DNA of 32,962 bases, the filler included, from Occultella glacieicola (GTDB lineage: Bacteria > Actinomycetota > Actinomycetes > Actinomycetales > Beutenbergiaceae): the NCBI RefSeq assembly GCF_004353825.1. It is 2 parts of 2 records of this genome, joined end to end, with 100 filler letters (N's around TTAATTAATTAA, not from the genome) between each part and the next. Parts side by side here need not be neighbours in the genome. Positions count along the whole stretch, not along the records: positions 1 to 21,842 come from NZ_SMNA01000022.1; 1 more part is not named here. One strand, 5' to 3'. Positions 8,384-17,819 of the stretch are shown in pieces. Every line of letters begins with the position of its first letter. Positions within the stretch are counted from its first letter, which is position 1. The notes below the pieces were generated by a model. The model worked only from the letters and a program-made list of their open reading frames with translations. It was not told the origin of the DNA and ran no database searches. The translations under genes were made by a program, and so were the position numbers.

Positions 8384-9346
8384 TCAGCCGGCCGAACGCG
8401 GCCGGGGCAGGGTCCGCCGCGCCAGGCGCAGGCCGTCCGCGGTGAGGATCACCAGCGCGACCCAGACGAGCACGAAGCCGGCCCACCGGGTCGGGGCCAT
8501 CTCCTCGCCGAACAGCAGGACCCCGGTCAGGAACTGCATGGTCGGGGTGATGTACTGGAGCAGCCCGAGCGTCGCCAGCGGCAGCCGGCGCGCGGCGGTC
8601 GCGAACAGCAGCAGCGGGACCGTGGTCGCGATCCCCGAGGCGACCAGCAGCGCGACGTGCACGGCCGGGGAGAGGCCCCCTGCGCCGTCGGACCCGAACG
8701 AGCTCCCGCCGGTCACGGTCAGGTAGACGAGGTACCCCAGGGCCGGTCCGGTCAGTGCGAGGGTCTCCACCCCGAGGCCGGGCAGCGCCGGTACCTGCGC
8801 GCCGACCGTCTTCTTCACCAGGCCGTAGCCGGCGAAGCTGAGCGCCAGGACGGCAGCGATCCACGGGAAGTTGCCAAGACCCACGGCGATCACGATCACC
8901 CCGATGCCGGCCACGCCCACGGCCGCCCACTGGGCCGGGCGCGGCCGTTCGGCCAGGACCAGCACGGCCAGCAGCACGGTGATGATCGGGTTCACGTAGT
9001 AGCCGAGCGCGGCGTCGACCACCCGTCCGGTGAGCACCCCGAACAGGAACGTGATCCAGTTCACCGCGAGCAGCACCGCCGCGAGGGTCAGCCGGCCGGC
9101 CACCCGGCGGTTGCGGAGCAACGCGGTGAACGTGCGCCACTGGCCGCCCGCAGCCAGGAGCAGCAGGCACAGCAGCATCGACCAGACCACCCGGTGTGCG
9201 GTGATCTCCAGGGCGCCCGCGGCTCCGAGCAGGCTGAAGTAGAGGGGCAGCACACCCCAGAGGAAGTAGCCGCCCGCCCCGGCGAGCAGGCCGCGGCGGT
9301 GTTCGGCAGGGGTGCCGTCCGCCGGCGTGGGCTGGGGTGTCGACAC
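8384..9346 (-). CDS. rarD: EamA family transporter RarD
   Basis: YFLWGVLPLYF, HRVVWS, AALGYYVNP, GLGVETL, LGLLQYITPTMQFL. Confidence 0.9.
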   Translation of the reverse strand: MSTPQPTPADGTPAEHRRGLLAGAGGYFLWGVLPLYFSLLGAAGALEITAHRVVWSMLLCLLLLAAGGQWRTFTALLRNRRVAGRLTLAAVLLAVNWITFLFGVLTGRVVDAALGYYVNPIITVLLAVLVLAERPRPAQWAAVGVAGIGVIVIAVGLGNFPWIAAVLALSFAGYGLVKKTVGAQVPALPGLGVETLALTGPALGYLVYLTVTGGSSFGSDGAGGLSPAVHVALLVASGIATTVPLLLFATAARRLPLATLGLLQYITPTMQFLTGVLLFGEEMAPTRWAGFVLVWVALVILTADGLRLARRTLPRPRSAG

Positions 9347-9395
9347 CGGGCGAACCTATCCCAGTCCGTGGCTCGACCGAGGCAGCGCAGAGCCA

Positions 9396-9423
9396 TCCAG
9401 TGTGAGGTGACCCTTACACTGGA
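9396..9423. promoter_or_regulatory. Inverted repeat (candidate operator) overlapping the -10 box of the reductase gene
   Basis: TCCAGTGTGAGG-tgac-CCTTACACTGGA: 12-bp arms with 1 mismatch; contains TACACT at 9415-9420. Confidence 0.5.
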
Positions 9424-9488
9424 GGTGTCTGCGCTGCCCGCGTCGAGCGTGGCAGCCCCCTAATCCGTGTGAAAGAGGCGTCTCACCC

Positions 9489-10868
9489 GTGCCCAGCAAC
9501 ACCAGGCAGCGTGTCGCCATCGTGGGAGCCGGTCCCGCCGGTATCTACGCCGCCGACATCCTCTCCAAGACCGACCTCGACGTCGACATCGACCTCTTCG
9601 AGCGGTTGCCCGCCCCGTTCGGCCTGGTCCGCTACGGCGTCGCTCCCGATCACCCCCGGATCAAGGGCATCATCGTGGCCCTGTACAAGGTCCTCCAGCG
9701 CGGCGACATCCGGCTGATCGGGAACGTGGACTTCGGCACCGACGTCGACCTCGCCGAACTCCGGGAGTACTACGACGCCGTCATCTTCTCCACCGGTGCG
9801 ATCAAGGACGCGGATCTGCCCATCCCTGGCATCGACTTGGACGGCAGCTACGGCGCCGCGGACTTCGTGTCCTGGTACGACGGACACCCGGACGTGCCAC
9901 GGACGTGGCCGCTGGAGGCGCGGGAGATCGCCGTGCTGGGCGTCGGGAACGTGGCCCTGGACGTGGCCCGGATCCTGGCGAAGCACGTCGAGGACCTGAT
10001 GCCCACCGAGGTCCCGGAGAACGTGGTCGACGTCCTGCGGGCGAGCCCGGTGACCGACGTGCACGTGTTCGGGCGCCGGGGCCCGGCGCAGGTGAAGTTC
10101 ACCCCGCTGGAACTGCGCGAGCTCGGCCATGTGCCCGACGTGGACATCGTGGTCTACCCCGAGGACTTCGACTTCGACGATGGCTCCGAGGAGGCGATCC
10201 GGTCCTCCAACCAGACCAAGCAGGTCGTCAAGACCCTCACCGACTGGACGCTACGCGACCCCGCAGAACTGACCGCGTCACGGCGGATCCACCTGCACTT
10301 CCTGCACCGGCCCGCCGAGATCCTCGGCACCGACGGGAAGGTCTGCGGGATCCGCACCGAACGCACCGAGCTCACCGGGGACGGGTCCGTGCGGGGTACC
10401 GGCGAGTTCGTGGAGTTCGACGTGCAGGCCGTCTACCGCGCGGTCGGCTACTTCGGCTCCCCGCTGGCCGGCCTGCCGTTCGACGAGGCGGCCGGGGTCA
10501 TCCCGAACGACGGTGGACGGGTCCTCGACGACCACGGCCGGCACATCCCGGGCACGTATGCGACCGGGTGGATCAAGCGTGGTCCCGTCGGGCTCATCGG
10601 GCACACCAAGTCCGACGCCGGCGAGACCATCCGCCACCTCGTCGAGGACGTCACCTCCGGCTCGGTGCCGACCGCGCCGCGCCGCGACCCGCAGGCGATC
10701 CTGGACCGCCTCGAGGCGGACGGCGTGCCGTACACCACCTGGCAGGGCTGGGAACTGCTCGACGCGTACGAGCGTTCACTGGGTGAGGGGCAGGGCCGGG
10801 AACGGATCAAGGTCGTGCCGCGTGAGCACATGACCGAGATCTCCCGCCAGGCCCACGTCCGCGCCTGA
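9489..10868 (+). CDS. fprA: Ferredoxin/adrenodoxin-type NADP+ reductase (FprA-like)
   Basis: GAGPAG FAD motif, [42 protein letters not shown]. Confidence 0.85.
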   Translation: MPSNTRQRVAIVGAGPAGIYAADILSKTDLDVDIDLFERLPAPFGLVRYGVAPDHPRIKGIIVALYKVLQRGDIRLIGNVDFGTDVDLAELREYYDAVIFSTGAIKDADLPIPGIDLDGSYGAADFVSWYDGHPDVPRTWPLEAREIAVLGVGNVALDVARILAKHVEDLMPTEVPENVVDVLRASPVTDVHVFGRRGPAQVKFTPLELRELGHVPDVDIVVYPEDFDFDDGSEEAIRSSNQTKQVVKTLTDWTLRDPAELTASRRIHLHFLHRPAEILGTDGKVCGIRTERTELTGDGSVRGTGEFVEFDVQAVYRAVGYFGSPLAGLPFDEAAGVIPNDGGRVLDDHGRHIPGTYATGWIKRGPVGLIGHTKSDAGETIRHLVEDVTSGSVPTAPRRDPQAILDRLEADGVPYTTWQGWELLDAYERSLGEGQGRERIKVVPREHMTEISRQAHVRA

Positions 10869-10933
10869 AGCCGCGTCGCCGACCGGCGACACCCGGGAGC
10901 GGATCCGCCAGAGGAAGGGGAACGCCACAGGTG

Positions 10934-11833
10934 ATGGGCCACCGGTACCTGAACGGGGTCAAGACCGTGGCGCTGTTCGGGCTGCTCTGGGTCGTGATCC
11001 TGGGCCTCGGGGCGATCGTCGCCGCCGGCACCCGCCGACCCGGTGCCATCTGGTTGTTCGCCGGGATCGGGCTCGTGATGACGTTCGTGAGCTACTGGAA
11101 CTCGGACAAGATCGCCATCCGGGCGATGGCGGCCCGGCCGGTGTCGGAGGCCGAGGCCCCGGCCATGTATGCGATCGTCCGCGAACTCTCCTCGACGGCC
11201 CGTCAGCCGATGCCGCGGCTGTACATCTCGCCGACGGAGGCGCCGAACGCGTTCGCCACCGGGCGCAATCCGCGCAACGCCGCGGTGTGCTGCACGGTCG
11301 GGATCCTGAGAATCCTCGACGAGCGGGAGTTGCGCGGCGTCCTCGCCCACGAGCTCTCCCACGTCTACAACCGGGACATCCTGACGTCCTCCGTCGCCGC
11401 CGCGATGGCCGGGGTGATCACCGCGGCCGCGCAGTTCCTGTTGTTCTTCGGTGGTGGCCGCAACCGCGACGCCGGACCGCTGGCCCTGCTGGGCAGCCTC
11501 GCCATGCTGCTGCTCGCGCCGCTCGCCGCCTCCCTGATCAGGCTGGCCATCTCCCGGACCCGGGAGTACGACGCGGACGCCGACGGCGCCAAGCTCACCG
11601 GCGACCCGCTCGCGCTCGCAGACGCCCTGCGCAAGCTGGAGCGGGGCACGGCGGCCGCGCCGCTGCGGGCCGAGGGCGAGGTGGCGGACGTGTCCCACCT
11701 GATGATCGCGAACCCGTTCCGGGCCGGCTCGGTGTCCAAGCTGTTCAACACCCACCCGCCGATGGCCGAGCGGATCGCCCGCCTGGAGGGCATGGCCGGA
11801 AGCACCGGCCTCGGCGACCCGAGCAGTTGGTGA
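10934..11833 (+). CDS. htpX: Zinc metalloprotease HtpX (M48)
   Basis: [15 protein letters not shown] (HExxH), [13 protein letters not shown]; start may be GTG 10931. Confidence 0.93.
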   Translation: MGHRYLNGVKTVALFGLLWVVILGLGAIVAAGTRRPGAIWLFAGIGLVMTFVSYWNSDKIAIRAMAARPVSEAEAPAMYAIVRELSSTARQPMPRLYISPTEAPNAFATGRNPRNAAVCCTVGILRILDERELRGVLAHELSHVYNRDILTSSVAAAMAGVITAAAQFLLFFGGGRNRDAGPLALLGSLAMLLLAPLAASLIRLAISRTREYDADADGAKLTGDPLALADALRKLERGTAAAPLRAEGEVADVSHLMIANPFRAGSVSKLFNTHPPMAERIARLEGMAGSTGLGDPSSW

Positions 11834-11863
11834 GGTGACTCCCGAGCGGCCGGTGGCCCGTCC

Positions 11864-12367
11864 CTACCGGTAGTTGACGAACTGGAGCGCGGCGTCGATG
11901 TCCTCGGCGCCCTTCAGCAGTGCGATGACGGACTGCAGGTCGTCGCGGTTCTTGGACGAGACCCGCACCTCGTCCCCGGTGATCTGGGTCTTGACGCCCT
12001 TGGGAGCCTCGTCGCGGATCAGCTTGGTGATCTTCTTCGCGTTCTCGCCGGACAGGCCCTCCTTGAGGGTGCCGGCGAGGCGGTACTCCTTGCCGGACAG
12101 CTGTGGCTCCTTCTCCCCGGTGTCGAAGGCCTTGAGGGAGACGCCGCGGCGGATGAGCTTGCTCTGGAACACGTCGAGCACCGCGAGCACCCGCTCCTCG
12201 GAGTTGGCGACCATCACGATCGCCTCCTCGCCGCTCCAGGCGATGGAGGCGCCGACGTTCTTGAAGTCGTACCGCTGCGAGATCTCCTTGGCGGCCTGGT
12301 TCAGCGCGTTGTCCACCTCCTGGCGGTCGACCTTGCTGACGACGTCGAACGAGGAATCGCTGGCCAC
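11864..12367 (-). CDS. yajQ: YajQ family nucleotide-binding protein
   Basis: GTG 12367 with [43 protein letters not shown]. Confidence 0.95.
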   Translation of the reverse strand: MASDSSFDVVSKVDRQEVDNALNQAAKEISQRYDFKNVGASIAWSGEEAIVMVANSEERVLAVLDVFQSKLIRRGVSLKAFDTGEKEPQLSGKEYRLAGTLKEGLSGENAKKITKLIRDEAPKGVKTQITGDEVRVSSKNRDDLQSVIALLKGAEDIDAALQFVNYR

Positions 12368-12486
12368 AGGGGCCTCCTTCTGGAGTGTGCTTGACCACAC
12401 CGCGGCCGATCACGGCCCGGCCGGGCCATGATGGTCACGGGACGGTCCCGGAGTTGGTATTGTTCCATCCGGTCCTTCGACCATAC

Positions 12487-12571
12487 GGCGGGTTGCCCGA
12501 GCGGCCAAAGGGAGCTGACTGTAAATCAGCCGCGTCATGCTTCGCAGGTTCGAATCCTGCACCCGCCACCA
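12487..12571 (+). tRNA. tRNA-Tyr (GTA)
   Basis: Cloverleaf GGCGGGT/ACCCGCC, anticodon loop CTGTAAA, long variable arm, GTTCGAATC, encoded CCA. Confidence 0.97.
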
Positions 12572-12577
12572 GCGCCT

Positions 12578-12604
12578 GGGGCGCCTCCACCGGAGGCGCC
12601 CTTC
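12578..12604 (+). terminator. Hairpin after tRNA-Tyr
   Basis: GGGCGCCTCC-acc-GGAGGCGCCC followed by TT. Confidence 0.55.
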
Positions 12605-12744
12605 GCCGTTCCCGACAGATCACGGGGCGATGGTGTGATGTTCGCCATGTTCGAGGCCGATCCGGCTCCGGGCACCCCGTGTGAGCAGGACCTCGCGCTA
12701 GGATTTCGTCTGCAGGCACACGAGCATGTAACCTCGTTCCCGCT

Positions 12745-12817
12745 GCCCCGATAGCTCAGTCGGTAGAGCGTCTCCATGGTAAGGAGAAGGTCTAGGGTTC
12801 GATTCCCTATCGGGGCT
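12745..12817 (+). tRNA. tRNA-Thr (GGT)
   Basis: GCCCCGA/TCGGGGC acceptor stem, TCTCC-ATGGTAA-GGAGA anticodon arm, GGTTCGATTCC. Confidence 0.96.
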
Positions 12818-12866
12818 CTGCTCCACAGGTTGCCCGCCGCCCGGCGGCGGGCAGCCCGTGGGTCGA

Positions 12867-12940
12867 GGCGGGGTAGCTCAGTCGGTCAGAGCGCACGACT
12901 CATAATCGTGAGGTCGCGGGTTCGAGCCCCGCCCCCGCTA
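12867..12940 (+). tRNA. tRNA-Met (CAT), elongator type
   Basis: CACGA-CTCATAA-TCGTG anticodon arm; lacks the initiator GGG/CCC stem; typical Thr-Met-rpmG order. Confidence 0.9.
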
Positions 12941-12996
12941 CCGCATTCGAGAAGCAACATCCGTACCAGCGCGGATGTCAGACGTGAGGAAGACCA

Positions 12997-13167
12997 GTGG
13001 CCAGCAAGTCCGCGGATGTCCGCCCCAAGATCACCCTTGCCTGCGAGGTGTGCAAGGAGCGCAACTACATCACCAAGAAGAACCGTCGGAACAACCCCGA
13101 CCGGCTCGAGCTGGCGAAGTACTGCCCGCGCTGCAACGCGAAGACGGCGCACCGCGAGACACGCTGA
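12997..13167 (+). CDS. rpmG: 50S ribosomal protein L33 (zinc-binding C+ form)
   Basis: Not in the ORF track (56 aa): [64 protein letters not shown]. Confidence 0.97.
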   Translation: MASKSADVRPKITLACEVCKERNYITKKNRRNNPDRLELAKYCPRCNAKTAHRETR

Positions 13168-13190
13168 TCGCGACAGCTAGCATGTCAGGC

Positions 13191-13643
13191 ATGACGCATG
13201 TCAATGCCGACCTCGTAGGGCGGGTGTTCTCCGGAACCCCGCCCTACGTCGTGTCGGCCGTCAAGATCGCCGAGTTCGCGGATGCGGTCGGCGCCCGCTC
13301 CCCGCTTCACCACGACCCCGACACCGCCCGGGCCTCCGGTCACGCCGACGTGATCGCTCCGGTCACGTTCGCCGTCGTGGTCGCCCAGCGCGCCGAGGCG
13401 GAGTACGTCGACTCCCCGGAGGCCGGCATCGACTTCTCCCGGGTGGTGCACGCCAACGAGTCGTTCACGGCGCACCGGCCGATCGTGGCGGGGGACCGGC
13501 TGCACACGGCCGTGCACGTGGACTCGGTCACCGAACGGGCCGGCATCGCGATGGTCACCACGCGCTGCGAGATCAGCGACGACACTGGGGCCCCGGTGTC
13601 CACCGTGACCTCCACTCTCGCCGTGCGCGGAGCGGACGCGTGA
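13191..13643 (+). CDS. MaoC-like dehydratase N-terminal-type protein (HadA-like)
   Basis: KIAEFADAVG, APVTFA, VVHANESFTAHRPIVAGD; position after rpmG. Confidence 0.85.
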   Translation: MTHVNADLVGRVFSGTPPYVVSAVKIAEFADAVGARSPLHHDPDTARASGHADVIAPVTFAVVVAQRAEAEYVDSPEAGIDFSRVVHANESFTAHRPIVAGDRLHTAVHVDSVTERAGIAMVTTRCEISDDTGAPVSTVTSTLAVRGADA

Positions 13644-14062
13644 GCGCGCTGCGCGCCGGCGTCGCCGTCGGCACCGAGCTCTTCTCCGTGACCCGCAGCG
13701 TGGACCGGGCGGCTCTGGTGCGCTACGCCGGGGCCGGCGGGGACTTCAACCCGATCCACTGGAACGAGGCCTTCGCACGGGAGGTCGGCCTGCCCGGTGT
13801 GATCGCACACGGGATGCTCACCATGGGCATCGCCGGCTCGGTGCTGTCCGACTGGCTCGACGACCCGACCGATGTCCTCGCCTACGGGGTGCGATTCACC
13901 CGTCCCGTGCCCGTGCCGTACCCGGGGGAGGCGGTGCTGGCGGTCGTCGGCACCGTCGGGGCCGTGGACGCCGACGCCGGCACCGTCCGGGTGGACCTGC
14001 GGGTCAGCGTCGACGGCACGACCGTGCTCGGCAAGGCCCAGGCGCAGGTCCGGCTGCGCTGA
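13640..14062 (+). CDS. MaoC family dehydratase (HadB-like)
   Basis: Hydratase-2 motif YAGAGGDFNPIH..A...GLPGVIAHGMLTMG; RFTRPV. Confidence 0.9.
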   Translation: MSALRAGVAVGTELFSVTRSVDRAALVRYAGAGGDFNPIHWNEAFAREVGLPGVIAHGMLTMGIAGSVLSDWLDDPTDVLAYGVRFTRPVPVPYPGEAVLAVVGTVGAVDADAGTVRVDLRVSVDGTTVLGKAQAQVRLR

Positions 14063-14069
14063 GCGCGCT

Positions 14070-14170
14070 CGAGAGTGCCGTAGTGGCTGCCGTCGTCGCA
14101 CCCTCGGGCGCCGGCCTAGGGTGGTCGCACTCTCGAGAGTGCTGAAGTGGCGGCCACTTCCGCGCTCTCG
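14070..14170. repeat. Two back-to-back REP-like palindromic units bounded by CGAGAGTGC...GC(A/G)CTCTCG
   Basis: CGAGAGTGC at 14070 and 14134; GCACTCTCG at 14127; GCGCTCTCG at 14162; lies between convergent genes. Confidence 0.6.
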
Positions 14171-14181
14171 GCGTGACCCGC

Positions 14182-15231
14182 TCAGCTCGGCGCCGGGCCG
14201 GTCGTCGTCCCCGGGCGCAAGTCGACGCCGAGGACGGCCGAGCGGGCCGGCTCGCCGGCCGCGAGCGCGATGGCGGCCGCGGCGGCCATGCGCCCCTTCT
14301 CCCGGATCGGTTGTGCCACCGTGGTGAGCACGTCGCCGCCGAGCCAGGGCAGGTCGACGCCGTCGAACCCCGCGACCGAGACGTCCTGGGGTACCCGAAG
14401 CCCGCGCTCCCGGGCGGCGAGCAGCAGGCCCGCGGCGAGCAGGTCGCTGAAGGCGACCAACGCCGTCGGGCGGGGCGTGGCGTCGAGCAGCGCGTGCCCG
14501 GCGCGGATGCCCTCCTCCACCCAGGACCCGCGGGCCGCCTGCGCGACCACGGGGACCACGCCGCCCTCGAGCAGCCCGGCCCACCGGGCCGCCGTGTAGG
14601 GCACCGAGGACCGGCCCGGTCGGGACACCTCCAGCGGGCCGGGTGCGGCGCGCGGCCCCCAGGGCAGGGTGACCACCCCGACGGCGGTATGACCAAGGCC
14701 CCGCAGGTGCTCGGCCACGGCGCGCATCCCGGCGGCGTCCTGGACCCGGATCGAGACCGAGCCGCGCACCGCGGCGTCCACGTGCACGGCCGGGGTACCG
14801 CGCTCGCGCAACGCCCGCACCGACGGCGCGGACGCCGCGGCGCCGTTGAGCAGGATCGCGGCGTCCATGGCCGCGTGCCGGAGCAGGTCGGGCGCGGCAC
14901 CGGACGCGTCGTCGGTGGGGATCAGCAGCATGCCGAGGTCGGACTCCCCGAGCGTGGTGGCGACGCCGTCGAGCGTCTGGATGGCCACCGGGTCGCGGAA
15001 GTTCTGGCGCAGGTCCTTGCGCACCACGACGCCGATCACCCCGCTGCGCCCCCGGCGCAGCGAGCGCGCCACCGGGTTCGGGCCGGAGTAGCCGAGATCC
15101 GCGGCCGCGCGCAGCACCTTGGCCTTCGTGGCCGCCGAGATCGGTCCGGCTCCGGAGAAGGCGAGCGACGCCGTCGAGATCGAGACGCCCGCGGCGCGGG
15201 CCACATCGGTGAGGGTGACGCGGCTGGTCAC
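14182..15231 (-). CDS. LacI family transcriptional regulator
   Basis: GTG 15231 after GAGGAGG; VTLTDVARAAGVSISTAS HTH; ARSLRRGRSGVIG; VPQDVSVAGFD. Confidence 0.93.
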   Translation of the reverse strand: MTSRVTLTDVARAAGVSISTASLAFSGAGPISAATKAKVLRAAADLGYSGPNPVARSLRRGRSGVIGVVVRKDLRQNFRDPVAIQTLDGVATTLGESDLGMLLIPTDDASGAAPDLLRHAAMDAAILLNGAAASAPSVRALRERGTPAVHVDAAVRGSVSIRVQDAAGMRAVAEHLRGLGHTAVGVVTLPWGPRAAPGPLEVSRPGRSSVPYTAARWAGLLEGGVVPVVAQAARGSWVEEGIRAGHALLDATPRPTALVAFSDLLAAGLLLAARERGLRVPQDVSVAGFDGVDLPWLGGDVLTTVAQPIREKGRMAAAAAIALAAGEPARSAVLGVDLRPGTTTGPAPS

Positions 15232-15313
15232 GGCTGCCCTCCTCCTCGACGACGACCCGGCTCGACCTCGGTTCGCGGCCCTCGTCGGGCGATCATCGGC
15301 CGGGAGGCCACGA

Positions 15314-15341
15314 TAGCCTAGGTCGGTCGAAACGTTGCGAC
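15314..15341 (+). promoter_or_regulatory. -10 box and LacI-type operator upstream of the MFS gene
   Basis: TAGCCT 15314-15319; near-palindrome GTCGAAACGTTGCGAC 15326-15341 with the central CG typical of LacI operators. Confidence 0.65.
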
Positions 15342-15372
15342 ATCCACCCCGCGCATCCCCCGAGAGCGACCG

Positions 15373-16617
15373 ATGACCCCCACCGACCCCGGCGTGGCCG
15401 TGCCGCCTGTGCCCTCGGCGCGCGCCCGTCGCGGTGCCGTGGCCGTGTTCGCCACGTTCGTCCTCAACGGCTTCACGTTCGCGAACTGGCTCGCCAGGAT
15501 CCCGACGATCCGGGACGAGCTCGGCCTGCGGCCCGAGCAGCTCGGCCTGATCATCCTGGTGGGCTCCCTCGGCTCGCTCACGGCCCTGCCCGTCACGGGC
15601 CGGATCCTCAACCGGATCGGCCCGGTGCGCACCGTCATCGGGGCCTCCGTGGTGGCCGCCGCCGGACTGGTGGTCGCCGTGACCGGCGTCGCCCAGGTCA
15701 GCCCGCTCCTGGTCGGGGCCGGTCTGTTCCTGTCCACCATGGGCATCGGCTCCTGGGACGTGGGGATGAACTTCGAGGGGACCAGGGTCGAGCAGGCCCT
15801 CGGGCGCGCGATCATGCCCTGGTTCCACGGGGGCTTCTCGATCGGCACCGTGCTGGGTGCCGCGGTCGGCGGCCTCGCGATCCGCTGGGGCGTGCCGGTG
15901 CCCACGCACATGCTGGTCGTCGTCGGGGTCGCGGTCGTGCTGGTCGCCCTGATGACCCGCGGGTTCCTCCCGGAGACGGCGGCGCAGCGCGTCGCCGCGC
16001 AGGAGAGCGAGAGCCACGGCGGGCACAGCTACCTGCGGTTCTGGGTCGAGCCGCGGACGCTGATGGTGGGCCTGGTGGTCCTGGCGGCGGCACTGACCGA
16101 GGGCGCGGCGAACGACTGGCTCGCGCTCGCGGTCATCGACGGCTTCGAGACCCCCAATGAGACCGGCGCGTTCGGGCTCACCGTGTTCCTGACCGCCATG
16201 ACCGTGATGCGGTTCCTCGGGACGTTCCTGCTCGACAGGTTCGGACGGGTGGCCGTGCTGCGACTGTGCACCGGGCTGGCCATCGTGGGTCTGCTCGTGT
16301 TCACCCTCTCGCCGTCCCTGCCGGTCGCGCTCGTCGGTGCGGTGCTCTGGGGCCTGGGTGCGGCCCTGGGCTTCCCGGTCGGGATGAGCGCCGCCTCCGA
16401 CGACCCGGCCAAGGCCGCGGGCCGGCTGTCCGTGGTCGCCACGATCGGCTACACGGCGTTCCTGGTCGGGCCGGGCCTGTTGGGCCTGCTCGCCAGCCAC
16501 GTCGGGTACCGGCACGCGCTGCTCGCGATCCTGGTGCCGCTCGTGGTCGGCCTGCTGGTGATCCCGGCCGCCCGGCAGCCGGTGCAGGCCCCCGACGGCG
16601 TCCGGCCACCCGCGTAG
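15373..16617 (+). CDS. MFS transporter
   Basis: About 12 hydrophobic segments; WLARIPTI, EGAANDW, LLDRFGR motif; divergent from the LacI gene. Confidence 0.9.
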   Translation: MTPTDPGVAVPPVPSARARRGAVAVFATFVLNGFTFANWLARIPTIRDELGLRPEQLGLIILVGSLGSLTALPVTGRILNRIGPVRTVIGASVVAAAGLVVAVTGVAQVSPLLVGAGLFLSTMGIGSWDVGMNFEGTRVEQALGRAIMPWFHGGFSIGTVLGAAVGGLAIRWGVPVPTHMLVVVGVAVVLVALMTRGFLPETAAQRVAAQESESHGGHSYLRFWVEPRTLMVGLVVLAAALTEGAANDWLALAVIDGFETPNETGAFGLTVFLTAMTVMRFLGTFLLDRFGRVAVLRLCTGLAIVGLLVFTLSPSLPVALVGAVLWGLGAALGFPVGMSAASDDPAKAAGRLSVVATIGYTAFLVGPGLLGLLASHVGYRHALLAILVPLVVGLLVIPAARQPVQAPDGVRPPA

Positions 16618-16676
16618 GCACGCACGGCCGGTCCGGCGGCCCCGGGGACGGCGGCCCGTCGGCGTAGATTGGAGGG

Positions 16677-17819
16677 ATGACCGCCTCCGCCCGGCCCGGT
16701 TCCGTCAGTGGCCCCGTCGCAACCGGCACGACCGCCCCGACCGGCCCGAGCGGCACAGCCCCGCTCGCCGGCCTCACCACGCTGCGGGTGGGTGGCCCGG
16801 CCCGCCGGTTGGTCGAGGCGACCACCGAGACGGAGTTCATCGGCGCGGTCACCGCTGCGGACGAGGCCGGGGAGCCCCTGCTCGTGCTCGGCGGTGGATC
16901 CAACGTGCTGATCGCCGACGAGGGCTTCGACGGCGTCGTGGTGCGCGACGCGCGGCGGGGCGTGGTGGTGGAGAGCGAGGACACCTGCGGCGGTGGCGCC
17001 GTTCGGGTGCCCGCCGGTCACCCGTGGGACGAGTTCGTGGTGGAGGCGATCGACTCCGGCTGGATGGGCGTCGAGGCGCTCTCCGGGATCCCCGGATCCA
17101 CCGGCGCCACGCCGGTCCAGAATGTCGGTGCCTACGGCCAGGAGGTCAGCGAGGTGATCTCCTCGGTCCGCACCTGGGACCGCGCCGAGCGCCGCGTCCG
17201 CACGCTGGCCCGCGTGGACCTGGGGTTCGGCTATCGCGACTCGCTGCTCAAACGGACCCTGCACTCGCCGTCCGCCGACCGGGCCTGGGGGCCGACCCCC
17301 CGGTACGTGGTCCTCGACGTCGGGTTCCAGATGGTGCTGGCCACCCGCTCGGCCCCGATCCGGTACGCCGAGCTCGCCGCGGTACTCGGAGTGGAACTCG
17401 GCCGGCGTGCCCCGTCGGCCGAGGTGCGGGAGGCGGTGCTGGGTCTGCGCCGGGGCAAGGGGATGGTCCTGGACGCCGCCGACCACGACACCTGGAGCGC
17501 CGGCTCGTTCTTCACGAACCCGATCCTGGGCGCCGACGCCGCCGACCGGCTCCCCGCGGGCGCACCGCGGTTCGACGCGGGCGAGGGGCGGGTCAAGACC
17601 AGCGCCGCCTGGCTGATCTCCCACTCCGGGTTCGGCAAGGGTCACGGCCTGCCGGGCCCGGCCGCGCTGTCCACGAAGCATGTGCTCGCCCTGACGAACC
17701 GGGGCGGGGCGGGCGCCGGTGACCTCGTGGCCCTGGCGCGCGAGGTCCGGGCCGGGGTCCGGGCCGCGCACGGCATCACGCTGGTCCCCGAGCCGGTCCT
17801 GGTGGGCCTGCGTCTCTAG
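16677..17819 (+). CDS. murB: UDP-N-acetylenolpyruvoylglucosamine reductase
   Basis: TTLRVGGPA, LGGGSNVL, GIPGSTGATPVQNVGAYG, FGYRDS, SAGSFFTNP, HVLALTN. Confidence 0.96.
   Translation: MTASARPGSVSGPVATGTTAPTGPSGTAPLAGLTTLRVGGPARRLVEATTETEFIGAVTAADEAGEPLLVLGGGSNVLIADEGFDGVVVRDARRGVVVESEDTCGGGAVRVPAGHPWDEFVVEAIDSGWMGVEALSGIPGSTGATPVQNVGAYGQEVSEVISSVRTWDRAERRVRTLARVDLGFGYRDSLLKRTLHSPSADRAWGPTPRYVVLDVGFQMVLATRSAPIRYAELAAVLGVELGRRAPSAEVREAVLGLRRGKGMVLDAADHDTWSAGSFFTNPILGADAADRLPAGAPRFDAGEGRVKTSAAWLISHSGFGKGHGLPGPAALSTKHVLALTNRGGAGAGDLVALAREVRAGVRAAHGITLVPEPVLVGLRL

Noticed and set aside
12772..12778. Purine at position 32 of the tRNA-Thr anticodon loop (ATGGTAA)
   Set aside because: As recalled, this is common in actinobacterial tRNA-Thr(GGT); not treated as novel.
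12487..12940. tRNAs as integration sites for an island or prophage
   Set aside because: No integrase and no duplicated tRNA 3' end seen in the window.
14127..14144. CIRCE (HrcA) operator similarity, GCACTC...GAGTGC
   Set aside because: Spacer is 4 nt rather than 9, and the site lies between convergent 3' ends, not at a chaperone promoter.
15232..16515. Long N-terminal extension of the 777-aa LacI ORF and similar long GC-rich ORFs (e.g. 16449-18929)
   Set aside because: Shadow frames opposite or overlapping well-supported genes, as expected at this GC content.
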